From a virus: a stretch of DNA of 64,000 nucleotides. A program made the translations under genes and the position numbers. Numbering within the stretch: position 1 is the stretch's first letter; each line of letters opens with the position of its first letter. The notes beneath the pieces are model-generated. The model saw only the letters and a list, made by a program, of their open reading frames with translations, searched no databases and was not told the origin of the DNA. Positions 19,058 through 27,894 of this stretch are shown here, one piece after another. The DNA lies in the IMG/VR virus record IMGVR_UViG_3300032242_000965, positions 1 to 64,000 of that record; one strand, 5' to 3'.

Positions 19058-19944
19058 ATTTTGGCTAGTGTCCAATTCTTAATACTTAAGTATTCAAAAT
19101 CATCCATAGATTTTACAAAGGCTGTACCTGAAATTTGTAATACTTTTTTACTACTAAACATATCGTCCCATATGTGTAATAATGGATTTTTAGGTTCTAA
19201 TTGAATTGATGAAATAGTATTACTTTTTTCAGTAAACCAATACTCCATAACTTTCATTCTTTTATTATGTTTTTTCACACTAGCAATAGGTGTTAATTCA
19301 AAACTAGACTGTTTACCGTTCATTCTCTCTAACTTAACACCCGTTAACCTATTTTCAATAGATGTTTTGATTTCATCAATTTTAACATCATACTCATAAA
19401 ATTCAGGTAACTTATAAATGAGCGGGAACAATTCTTCTGTAGCACGATTTTCATCACCGTGTACAAAAGTATTCAGGTCTTTTCTAAAATGTGTTAATGG
19501 TTGACCTTTTAATGTTAGCATCATTATCTTTTTACTATAATAATCACGAACTGTTTTTGCAGATTCCCTATCATCAAACGTTACGCTATCAAACAATTTT
19601 CTATCTGTCATTTTACTATATCTGTATTCAGCAGGACTATCATCACGTTGACGTTTCCACGCACAACTAATTGCCAATACATCTTCTTCAAATTCGTATA
19701 TTTCTTGTTTTTTATAGTGCGTGTTGGTATTCAATAAATCATCTAATGATTGAATGCCGATTTTACCAAAACCAGTATTTCCGTTACCACCTATTGCCAT
19801 ACTACCTAAACCAGCATGATTCTGCCAAGAACCTTGCGAGGTACTAGTGATTGAAATAGATGGAATAGGTTGAGTATTCATTTGTTTATTACCTGTTATT
19901 TGAACCATACCATGACCTTTATATCTGTACGTGCTGGTATTCAT
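19054..19944 (-). CDS. Hypothetical protein
   Basis: Long ORF; start uncertain (ATGA overlap with uvsY chosen). Confidence 0.6.
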   Translation of the reverse strand: MNTSTYRYKGHGMVQITGNKQMNTQPIPSISITSTSQGSWQNHAGLGSMAIGGNGNTGFGKIGIQSLDDLLNTNTHYKKQEIYEFEEDVLAISCAWKRQRDDSPAEYRYSKMTDRKLFDSVTFDDRESAKTVRDYYSKKIMMLTLKGQPLTHFRKDLNTFVHGDENRATEELFPLIYKLPEFYEYDVKIDEIKTSIENRLTGVKLERMNGKQSSFELTPIASVKKHNKRMKVMEYWFTEKSNTISSIQLEPKNPLLHIWDDMFSSKKVLQISGTAFVKSMDDFEYLSIKNWTLAKI

Positions 19945-20399
19945 AGTGTTACATCTTCCATACCGGCCGTCCTTAGACGAACTATATGGCCCATTTGCCA
20001 TTGCTTGGCTTCAAGACCCTTCATAATACCTAACCAACGATTACGCAGTAATGCAACTTCATTTATGATGGTCTCAAAGTCAACAACTTCTTGTTCACCG
20101 TCTACATACTTCTCAGCATCACGGCTAGTCAATACTCTATTATACGCCTCTAGGTATTTTTGAAAATGCTTTCGGCGAATTTTCCGTAATTGAATATTGA
20201 GATAGTTTAATACTGCCTCTATTTCTTGTAGTTGGTTAAAACGATGTTCGGTAACACCCGGGATACCAGCAATAAGTTTTTCAACATTACCTGATATCTT
20301 TACGTCACTTTTAGCAGACATTAACTCTGCCTCATATGCTGACATGAAATCGGGTATTACGCTTAAGTCGTTGCTTACACGTGTATACCAGTTTGACAT
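19941..20399 (-). CDS. uvsY: Recombination mediator UvsY-like
   Basis: Helical 152-aa protein with DAEKYVDGE, near the RecA gene. Confidence 0.75.
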   Translation of the reverse strand: MSNWYTRVSNDLSVIPDFMSAYEAELMSAKSDVKISGNVEKLIAGIPGVTEHRFNQLQEIEAVLNYLNIQLRKIRRKHFQKYLEAYNRVLTSRDAEKYVDGEQEVVDFETIINEVALLRNRWLGIMKGLEAKQWQMGHIVRLRTAGMEDVTL

Positions 20400-20651
20400 T
20401 TAATCCCAATCTTCGTCTTGGTCTTCGTCTTGGTCTTCGTCTTCGTATTCTTCTTCTTGGAAGTGTTGTTCGGCATAGCCTTTTAATGCCTTAGTGATAT
20501 CTTTGTCTTTGAATGCATCCTTGATATCATCTACTTCATAGTTACTGTCCATTAGATAATTCACTAATGTGTCTGCCGCCTCACCACGTTCACTCATATC
20601 AATATAGTCACGTAGTGCATCCCAAACTTCTGTGATTACAGTTAAACTCAT
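20400..20651 (-). CDS. Acidic hypothetical protein
   Basis: D/E-rich tail; coupled between uvsX and uvsY. Confidence 0.7.
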   Translation of the reverse strand: MSLTVITEVWDALRDYIDMSERGEAADTLVNYLMDSNYEVDDIKDAFKDKDITKALKGYAEQHFQEEEYEDEDQDEDQDEDWD

Positions 20652-21712
20652 TCTGCAGGTTCTCCTTCAGAAGATGTACTTATCGTTGATTTTGATTTTG
20701 AAGTATATTCACTCATAACCTTATCTAAACAACCATCTTCATTACTTTCCCATGCTTTGCGGAATAGTTTAATGATTTCACCGTCATCAGTTGTATAACT
20801 TAAACGATTACCTTCTTTAGCGAGAATGCCTGCTTTCTCATACATATCAAGTAAGCCACTATACGGATTCATACCGGTTGCATATGGAATTTTAATTTGC
20901 ATTGATTCAAAAGGTTTTGCATAACGTGTTTTCATAATTTTGCAAGCGGCACGAATACCGTTTACTTCTGAAACTTTGTTACCTTCTTCATCTTCTTTTA
21001 GTTTCAACTTCTTCATAGCAACTACAATAGAACTTGCATATACGAAACCTTGTCCGCCTGAGATTTTATCATCTGGATCAAACATATCTTGGCTTGCGTA
21101 TGTGTGATTAGTAGCAACTAAGCCTACATTCAAACTACCAAACATGTTTACACAATTACGAACAAGTGCTGTTAGTGCTTTAGGCTTACGACCCATATCA
21201 CCTTTCAAATCACCTGCATCAAATTGATTAACGTCAGTTGGTGTTAACAACATACCTAAACTATCTAATACAAATAATACTTTAGGTCTTTCACCTTCTG
21301 CTAATGTTTTGTAATCGGCAACAAATTTACTGATTGTCTTGGCTACATCATCAATCATAGCCATGTTGAGTTTCAATAGTTTACTTTCGTCAGTATCTAC
21401 ACCCAATGCTTTTAGCCAGTCTTCGTCCAAGGCATTTTCCGTATCAACCAAGATAACAAAGATTCCTTGTTGTTGTGCATGTCGGACAAGATTGCCTGAA
21501 CATATATAACTTTTGCCTGAACCGCTTTCACCAGCAAATACAGTGACCTTGCCCAAAGGAACGCCTTTGTTAAAATCACCACTGATAAGATAATTGAGTG
21601 CATAATTTCCTGTACTAACCCAGTCTGTAGGATCGTTATATCCGATACTGAGTCCCTCTATTGATTTTGTTATTTCTTTTCTAAACTTACTTACGTCAAA
21701 TGGTTTAACCAA
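20648..21712 (-). CDS. uvsX: RecA-like recombinase
   Basis: AGESGSGKS, DTENAL, LDSLG, ISGG, YASS. Confidence 0.93.
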   Translation of the reverse strand: MVKPFDVSKFRKEITKSIEGLSIGYNDPTDWVSTGNYALNYLISGDFNKGVPLGKVTVFAGESGSGKSYICSGNLVRHAQQQGIFVILVDTENALDEDWLKALGVDTDESKLLKLNMAMIDDVAKTISKFVADYKTLAEGERPKVLFVLDSLGMLLTPTDVNQFDAGDLKGDMGRKPKALTALVRNCVNMFGSLNVGLVATNHTYASQDMFDPDDKISGGQGFVYASSIVVAMKKLKLKEDEEGNKVSEVNGIRAACKIMKTRYAKPFESMQIKIPYATGMNPYSGLLDMYEKAGILAKEGNRLSYTTDDGEIIKLFRKAWESNEDGCLDKVMSEYTSKSKSTISTSSEGEPAE

Positions 21713-21950
21713 TTTTATCCCCTAAATGTTTTACGCTAGTATATGTACTAAATGATTGTTTGTCAAGTAAGTCGGGACATTGTTCTGCCAACGTATCCAA
21801 TTCATAATCATTTGGATAGTGACGCAATGCACCTCTTGCTCGGTCTCTAACTATGCTTGGTACCCTTGGAGTCTTACCAGGATCACATAGTTCCTCTAAT
21901 AGTTTTTTACCTTGCTTGATAGCACGGTATCTTTCGTCTGGTAGTGTCAT
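21705..21950 (-). CDS. BPSL0761-family protein
   Basis: MTLPDERYRA ... RDRARGALRHYP. Confidence 0.75.
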   Translation of the reverse strand: MTLPDERYRAIKQGKKLLEELCDPGKTPRVPSIVRDRARGALRHYPNDYELDTLAEQCPDLLDKQSFSTYTSVKHLGDKIG

Positions 21951-21997
21951 AACATTACTCCTTAATGAAGGGAACTTTTGTTCCCTTCAATTACCTA

Positions 21998-22990
21998 TTA
22001 GGCGCTTGCGTTTTGCTTACGGGCACGGATCATTGCTAGAATGTCCTGTGTCTTGTCACTAGACGCCGCTTGTGGTACTACTACCGGAGTTGATGTTGCT
22101 TCTGGCTCATCTTCATGGATAGGCTCTGCTACGGGTGCAGTTACGGGCTGAGATGCTTGTGTTACCTCAGATTGTTTAGCCGTTGTCGCTCCTGCAGGTG
22201 CTTCTAATCCATATGGACGATAATATTGTCCCCAACGCTCATTGTCGTATGGGCGACCATCTACACTTGCCTCAAACATTTCTTTGATAATGCGTAGTTC
22301 TGCCTCAGTTGGTTTCTTTGGCAAGAACTCAGTTAGATTGAATAAACCATGACTATCAATAGCTGCCTGTTCTAATTCAGTTAATGCAGTTTCTTTACGT
22401 GCCCAGTTACTGGTTGAGTAATCTGCATAACCACCTTTACTTGTTTTCTTAACGTTGAAGTCAAGACCACGTGTATAGTGTGTTGGAATTTCTTCCATCT
22501 CAGGATCCATGATACTTGCTTTAATAATAGCAAAGATTTGTGGGCTGATAACAAATCTACGAATTGGATTTGCTGGTTGCTTGTCATCTCCAATTGGATT
22601 TTGACGAACAAAACCTTGGAACAAATAACTACGCTTTTTCCAATACTTGTTAGCCATTTCTTTCAATGACTCATCTTTATACCAAGGACGAACCTCAGCA
22701 AGTACTGGACAGTTCTCACCATACATTTCCATGCATGGAACTTGTACTTGAACTTGTTTTACGTTTGGATCACCTTTAACACCATTGAATGGAAGTTTGA
22801 TGATTTGACGCTCTACCCAAAAGAAAGTATTTGTACTATTCGCATCTGGTAAAAAACGAATAGTAGCAGTAGTGCCTTCGTCCATGTTCCAGTGTGGGTA
22901 AATTGCGTTGTCAGATTGCTGACTGCCTGAGCCAGTTGACTTATTTTCTTGTGCTTGAATTCTAGCACGAATTTCTGCTAATGATGCCAT
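21998..22990 (-). CDS. Single-stranded DNA-binding protein (T4 gp32-like)
   Basis: IRFLPD, CPV, YWKKRSY, GYADYSTS. Confidence 0.9.
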   Translation of the reverse strand: MASLAEIRARIQAQENKSTGSGSQQSDNAIYPHWNMDEGTTATIRFLPDANSTNTFFWVERQIIKLPFNGVKGDPNVKQVQVQVPCMEMYGENCPVLAEVRPWYKDESLKEMANKYWKKRSYLFQGFVRQNPIGDDKQPANPIRRFVISPQIFAIIKASIMDPEMEEIPTHYTRGLDFNVKKTSKGGYADYSTSNWARKETALTELEQAAIDSHGLFNLTEFLPKKPTEAELRIIKEMFEASVDGRPYDNERWGQYYRPYGLEAPAGATTAKQSEVTQASQPVTAPVAEPIHEDEPEATSTPVVVPQAASSDKTQDILAMIRARKQNASA

Positions 22991-23070
22991 AATGTTTATA
23001 TCCTTTTTTCATTAAGTTGGTCTTTGTTTTAATATTCGCCACACATAATTATGTGACTAACATGTGATAG

Positions 23071-23098
23071 AGTATAACATACTTTTCTCACCTGTCAA
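23071..23098 (-). promoter_or_regulatory. sigma70 promoter of the SSB gene, in tandem with a late promoter at 23101
   Basis: TTGACA-16nt-TATACT. Confidence 0.7.
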
Positions 23099-23118
23099 TG
23101 TATTTATGCCATATATGG

Positions 23119-23144
23119 CAAACCTCACAAATAAGTGAGGTTTT
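23119..23144. terminator. Terminator-like hairpin
   Basis: AAACCTCAC/GTGAGGTTT. Confidence 0.7.
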
Positions 23145-23152
23145 ATTTGCCC

Positions 23153-24703
23153 TTATTTGGCTAACTTCATAATACGTATTAATGGATCAACACTTTCGGT
23201 TGCACCACCTACTAGTTTACCACGCAATCCTTTTTGACTACGTTCTGGGTTGCCTAGTATTGTGCCACCTGCATTAACTTTAGCAGTAGCACCTAATTGA
23301 CCTACTGCCGCCTGTTGTGGTCCGATATCTTCTGCCACACCTTGTTCTTTTGCTTTAGCAGCAGCCTCACGTTTTTTACGAAAAATTTCACGGAAGTAGT
23401 CATCATCTTCTTCTTTACTGAATGGATAAGGATTATGTTCTCTGTTAGATTGTTTGCGCGGTGTATCCCCAGGACGGTCATAATCAATGCCCGGTAAATC
23501 TTCTGGTCTGCCTTCCGCCACACCTTTTTGTTTTTCCCACTCTTTATCAACTCTTATATTATGTTCTTTACCACCAGGACCGATATCACTAACTCTAGTG
23601 CCAATTGGTTTGTTGGTTTTAATAACAACGGGTTTCATTGGATGTGTTTTTACACCAGCTGCTTTGCCATCTGGGAATGCTCTTTCAACATCACGTGAGT
23701 ATATACCTTCTGCTACATCATCTGCCCATGCTTCTAATGCAACTACTTCTTTAATCTCTTGATTCTCACTAATGGTTTTATTCAATCTATTAAGAATTGG
23801 TATAACACTTTCAATGCGTGGATCTAAACTACTATTCATAAACATTTCACTTAGGTCTTCATCACCTTCACTCTCCATTAACGGAGGTGCCCAACTTTCA
23901 AAGTAGTTGTTGTAACCACGCTTGCCTGCTAACTTGTGTAGTGATTCACGCAAACTCATATAGTGTTCTGTACCAGCACTTACTAATCTTTGTGTATCTT
24001 CATTGAACTGTCCATTGCGAGTGGCACGAATGAATCCTGCCATCTTTGAGTATTCTTCACATAATCCTGTAATATGATTCCACTTGTCATCATTAACTTT
24101 ACCACCTTCAGCAATATGTCTTGCATAAACACGTGCTAGTCCTGGCTTAGTTGTTGGTGCTAAAAATCTTTCACCTAGTGCATTCTCAATAAAGATTTGA
24201 TGAATGTTGCGGTAACGTTGTTCACCTTCTTCAATATTACGATTATGTTTAATGATAATCTTACACTCAGGGATGTTATCACTATAACTAGCCTTCTTAC
24301 CCATTGGGTAATAGCCTTCTTCTAATTTTTTACTATGTTCTCTTTTAGCCATATCATATTCCAAGTTGTCCATATCATCTAATTCAAAACTCTTTGTTTT
24401 ACCAAATGTCATTTGTCTTAGTGCAGGTATTAATTTATTCCATGTAACTTCACCGTGTTCGCTTTTACTAGGACTATTGCGTATAACGTCACTATAGAAC
24501 ACTTTCATTTGACCCTCATTGTCTAAACTAATTGCGGCTGTACCGTAGTTTTCCCCGTCTAATTTAAACTGAAACTCAATAACTTCAGCCTCATCAGGAA
24601 CACTTACCTCTTTACCATTTGTGGATTTAAGTATAGGATCATATCCATTACTTTTCAAGTAATTGTATATGTCGTTTTTAGTTTTGTCTTGGTTTTTTGC
24701 CAT
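23153..24703 (-). CDS. Probable head-associated protein with VAE-delimited C-terminal modules
   Basis: Late promoter, next to terminase; three VAE-G/D sites. Confidence 0.6.
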   Translation of the reverse strand: MAKNQDKTKNDIYNYLKSNGYDPILKSTNGKEVSVPDEAEVIEFQFKLDGENYGTAAISLDNEGQMKVFYSDVIRNSPSKSEHGEVTWNKLIPALRQMTFGKTKSFELDDMDNLEYDMAKREHSKKLEEGYYPMGKKASYSDNIPECKIIIKHNRNIEEGEQRYRNIHQIFIENALGERFLAPTTKPGLARVYARHIAEGGKVNDDKWNHITGLCEEYSKMAGFIRATRNGQFNEDTQRLVSAGTEHYMSLRESLHKLAGKRGYNNYFESWAPPLMESEGDEDLSEMFMNSSLDPRIESVIPILNRLNKTISENQEIKEVVALEAWADDVAEGIYSRDVERAFPDGKAAGVKTHPMKPVVIKTNKPIGTRVSDIGPGGKEHNIRVDKEWEKQKGVAEGRPEDLPGIDYDRPGDTPRKQSNREHNPYPFSKEEDDDYFREIFRKKREAAAKAKEQGVAEDIGPQQAAVGQLGATAKVNAGGTILGNPERSQKGLRGKLVGGATESVDPLIRIMKLAK

Positions 24704-24724
24704 AATTTAGTCTCAATACTATAT

Positions 24725-26272
24725 TTATGCGAATACCGCAAAGAAGGGTAAGGGCATGATAATTTCTTGGTGATCTCTAATATGATTCTCTAAATCTACA
24801 TTAAAATCACTTAATTGTTGCATAACTCTAACTGATAATAACGCAGCCATAACCAAATCGTCGGTTTCACCCAATTTAGCCTCATAACTAGCACCCTTAG
24901 CAACAAAGGTCTTTAGTTCTGATACTAGACTTTTACTGTTAATTGTTAGTTTCTTACTTTCTAATAACGCTTTGAATTTAGCACAAGCTGCTAACTTACT
25001 CTTGTTCGTAGTAGTGAATCCTTTGCGCTTTTTGCCCGGCTCACTAATGAAGTTACCTACAATGTTTTGCTCACCGTATTCAGCAAGTGACACTAATGCC
25101 GCTTCACCCACACTATTATTTTCGATACTATAATAGATATTTCTTGGTTCTGTTGTACAGTCAACTATGTACTTGTTTATTTGTGCTATTAACTTAACCT
25201 GACTTTGAATGTCGGTTTTATTATGCTTCCACTCACCTACTTGTGTAGTGGTGTTTGCTTCAAAGATTTGTATACCTGCTGGGTCACCACCTGTACCGAT
25301 ACTAGGATCTAGTGTGACAACATATATGTTACCCTTTTTAGGTGTCTTATACCAACGTATTTGTCCTTGGCGCAATATAGGCTCAGTACCTTCTAACTCA
25401 ATAAGTGTGCTAGGATTTATTAATGTTTCATCAGCAATAATGAATTCGCAATTCATCTCTCGGCGGAATCTATCTTCGCCAAGTTGAGAACGCATTTCAT
25501 CAGCCCACTTTTCATCACGTTCAGGATGAGCATGCCATGTTGCTTTATATGCTCTGAATCCGTTTACACCTAAATCAGTTGTGTTACCGAATTCATCTTC
25601 ACACTTGTTTGCACCCTTCCAAATCAATGCGAATTGGTCTTCGTCACTGTTTGGGGTTGAAGTGATAATTGCTTTACCACCAGTACTCAATGTAGGAGTA
25701 ATAGATGTCCAGAATTCTTGTGCAATAGTAGGTCTTACGAATGCAAACTCATCTAAGTATAATAATGAAATAGATAGACCACGACCTGTGTTTTCTGTTG
25801 TAGTAGCACTAACGATACGACTACCATTATCAAATGTTAAACTACCTTTGTTATAATCAACTGCGCCTGCTTTAATGTGGTCGGGGCAGTTCTCATACGC
25901 ATAGCGAACACGTTGCATAATCTCTTGTGCACCTGCATATTTGTGTGCGGCTATTAATACAGTACTATCTGGTACAAACATCGCATACCAAAGTAAGTAA
26001 CCTGCGGCACTAGTTGACTTACCTGTTTGTCGTGCCATTAAGTTAATGCTGAAACGATATTTGTGATATGTTTCAATTAAGCCACGTTGAAAGTCCCATG
26101 GGTGATAGTGCATACTACCACGTGTTGGGTGCTGAATCATAAAAAAGTTATCCATGAAGTATAGATAACCTGTGTCTGGGTCACAACACTTGATATAGTC
26201 TTCTAAATCCTTATCTGTCTTAAACTTAGTTTTCTTATAAGGAGTTTTAACTAGTGTTGGGGTGTCTGCCAT
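24725..26272 (-). CDS. Terminase large subunit (T4 gp17-like)
   Basis: ARQTGKS, YLDEFAF, ITSTPN, RNase H-like LDPSIG and DDLVMA. Confidence 0.95.
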   Translation of the reverse strand: MADTPTLVKTPYKKTKFKTDKDLEDYIKCCDPDTGYLYFMDNFFMIQHPTRGSMHYHPWDFQRGLIETYHKYRFSINLMARQTGKSTSAAGYLLWYAMFVPDSTVLIAAHKYAGAQEIMQRVRYAYENCPDHIKAGAVDYNKGSLTFDNGSRIVSATTTENTGRGLSISLLYLDEFAFVRPTIAQEFWTSITPTLSTGGKAIITSTPNSDEDQFALIWKGANKCEDEFGNTTDLGVNGFRAYKATWHAHPERDEKWADEMRSQLGEDRFRREMNCEFIIADETLINPSTLIELEGTEPILRQGQIRWYKTPKKGNIYVVTLDPSIGTGGDPAGIQIFEANTTTQVGEWKHNKTDIQSQVKLIAQINKYIVDCTTEPRNIYYSIENNSVGEAALVSLAEYGEQNIVGNFISEPGKKRKGFTTTNKSKLAACAKFKALLESKKLTINSKSLVSELKTFVAKGASYEAKLGETDDLVMAALLSVRVMQQLSDFNVDLENHIRDHQEIIMPLPFFAVFA

Positions 26273-26273
26273 T

Positions 26274-27683
26274 TTATGCTACTGGAGTTACAGTTACAAT
26301 AACACTAGGACTTGCTGGCATAGCAAAAGGTGATGTTTGTGCGGCTTGTGCTACTAGTTTTATGTGACCAACATCAGGGTTAGAACCTACTAATGCCCAA
26401 TATACTTCAATATAATCATTTGCCGCCATTGAAGGTACTATTGTATCATTAGTAAACCATATATTTGTAGGATTATTGTTTAATGTTATACTATCTTGAC
26501 TGTATGCAATATCACTACCGTTCTTTCTAAACCATGTACTTAATACTACTGTTCCTCCACCGTTTTGGTATACACCTAATTGTGCCTTAACTGCATACGT
26601 ACCTGCCTTATTTACAATAATTCTACTATTAGATGTACCGGTACCTTTTGTTATACCTAAATTGGCAATAGTAGTATCAAACAATATCGGTGTTATAGTA
26701 CTAGCACTTGTAGTAATGTTTGCTGTATTACCAAAAGAACCATAATTGATTGCATTAACATTACCGGTAATATTAACATTACCTGTAACAGATAAGTCAC
26801 CATTAATTGTAGCACCACTAGTATTAAATGTAACTTGTTTTTGAATTGTATTTGAACCAGTTGGAGTTAGCCAAAATTCAATACGACTACCTTGATTAGT
26901 ACTAGTTTGATTTTCATCTGCAATCATATCCATTCGTGTTGTAGAGATTGCAGGCCATCCGCCAGTTGCATATGGTGTAGCACCATAACGACTAATAACA
27001 TCATTGTTTAATAACTGACTTGGGCTTGCACTAGTACCATTATAATGACGACCAATAACAGCCGCATAATTGTTAGTACCTACACCATCAATATAAACTC
27101 TTGCAGGATTAGTAGTTTGACCAGTTATACTTAACATGACACCTGGATTCTGTGGTGTTATGCTAGTACCATCAGCAGTAATTGAAATAACCCCGCTAGT
27201 TGCTGAGCCGCCGGTGTTACTAGTAACTACTAAATTACCTTTAACACTTGCTTTGTTATTTGTAACTTGAAATACGTTACTTACTCCAGTAACAGATAAA
27301 TTAATATTACCGCTAGGTGCTAATGTTAGTGCTGTACTTCCTGATATTAAGTTTGCTTGTAATCCTGCTGTACCGTTAAGTTGTAATATACCATTCGTTA
27401 CTGTTAACACCCCTACATTAGCACTATTAGCAGTATCTTCCATACGAATACTATTTGGACCCATATACAAGTCAGCCCATTTCTTAGTAGGTGTGCCTAA
27501 TGTATATGCGCTACTAGCTGTAGGGATAATATTTCCAGTAATATTCATATCAGTGCTAGTGATATAATTCTTTATAACTGTTCCATTTGCAGTTTGTGTT
27601 AAGCCGGTATCGTCTACTAAAAAGATTGTAGTACTTGATACTGCATTTATTACTGGTAATTCTGTTAATTTTTTATTTGCCAT
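26274..27683 (-). CDS. Tail fibre/receptor-binding protein with C1q/TNF-like C-terminus
   Basis: Thr/Asn/Gly-rich; KAGTYAV, WFRKNGSDI, NDYIEVYW. Confidence 0.75.
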   Translation of the reverse strand: MANKKLTELPVINAVSSTTIFLVDDTGLTQTANGTVIKNYITSTDMNITGNIIPTASSAYTLGTPTKKWADLYMGPNSIRMEDTANSANVGVLTVTNGILQLNGTAGLQANLISGSTALTLAPSGNINLSVTGVSNVFQVTNNKASVKGNLVVTSNTGGSATSGVISITADGTSITPQNPGVMLSITGQTTNPARVYIDGVGTNNYAAVIGRHYNGTSASPSQLLNNDVISRYGATPYATGGWPAISTTRMDMIADENQTSTNQGSRIEFWLTPTGSNTIQKQVTFNTSGATINGDLSVTGNVNITGNVNAINYGSFGNTANITTSASTITPILFDTTIANLGITKGTGTSNSRIIVNKAGTYAVKAQLGVYQNGGGTVVLSTWFRKNGSDIAYSQDSITLNNNPTNIWFTNDTIVPSMAANDYIEVYWALVGSNPDVGHIKLVAQAAQTSPFAMPASPSVIVTVTPVA

Positions 27684-27684
27684 A

Positions 27685-27837
27685 TTATTCTACTATTAAT
27701 TGATTTCCGTTATCATCTGTTAAAAACTCACCCGCATCTGTGATTAACAAATCATTGTTATATACTTCAGCCATGCTTATGGTAATGCCAGGAGTACTGC
27801 TAATACCAGGTTCGATTACTAAATATGTTCCACTCAT
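27685..27837 (-). CDS. 50-aa fibre-associated microprotein
   Basis: Hand-translated MSGTYLVIEPGISSTPGITISMAEVYNNDLLITDAGEFLTDDNGNQLIVE; late promoter 4 nt upstream; stops 1 nt before the fibre ATG. Confidence 0.7.
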   Translation of the reverse strand: MSGTYLVIEPGISSTPGITISMAEVYNNDLLITDAGEFLTDDNGNQLIVE

Positions 27838-27894
27838 GCTTTATTTATATCCCAATTATTCTTATTTTTAATAACTTATATCTTTTAATTTCTG

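Noticed and set aside
20404-20450. Short tandem repeat (tcttcgtcttgg)n
   Set aside because: Encodes the acidic EDQD tail; ordinary low-complexity coding sequence
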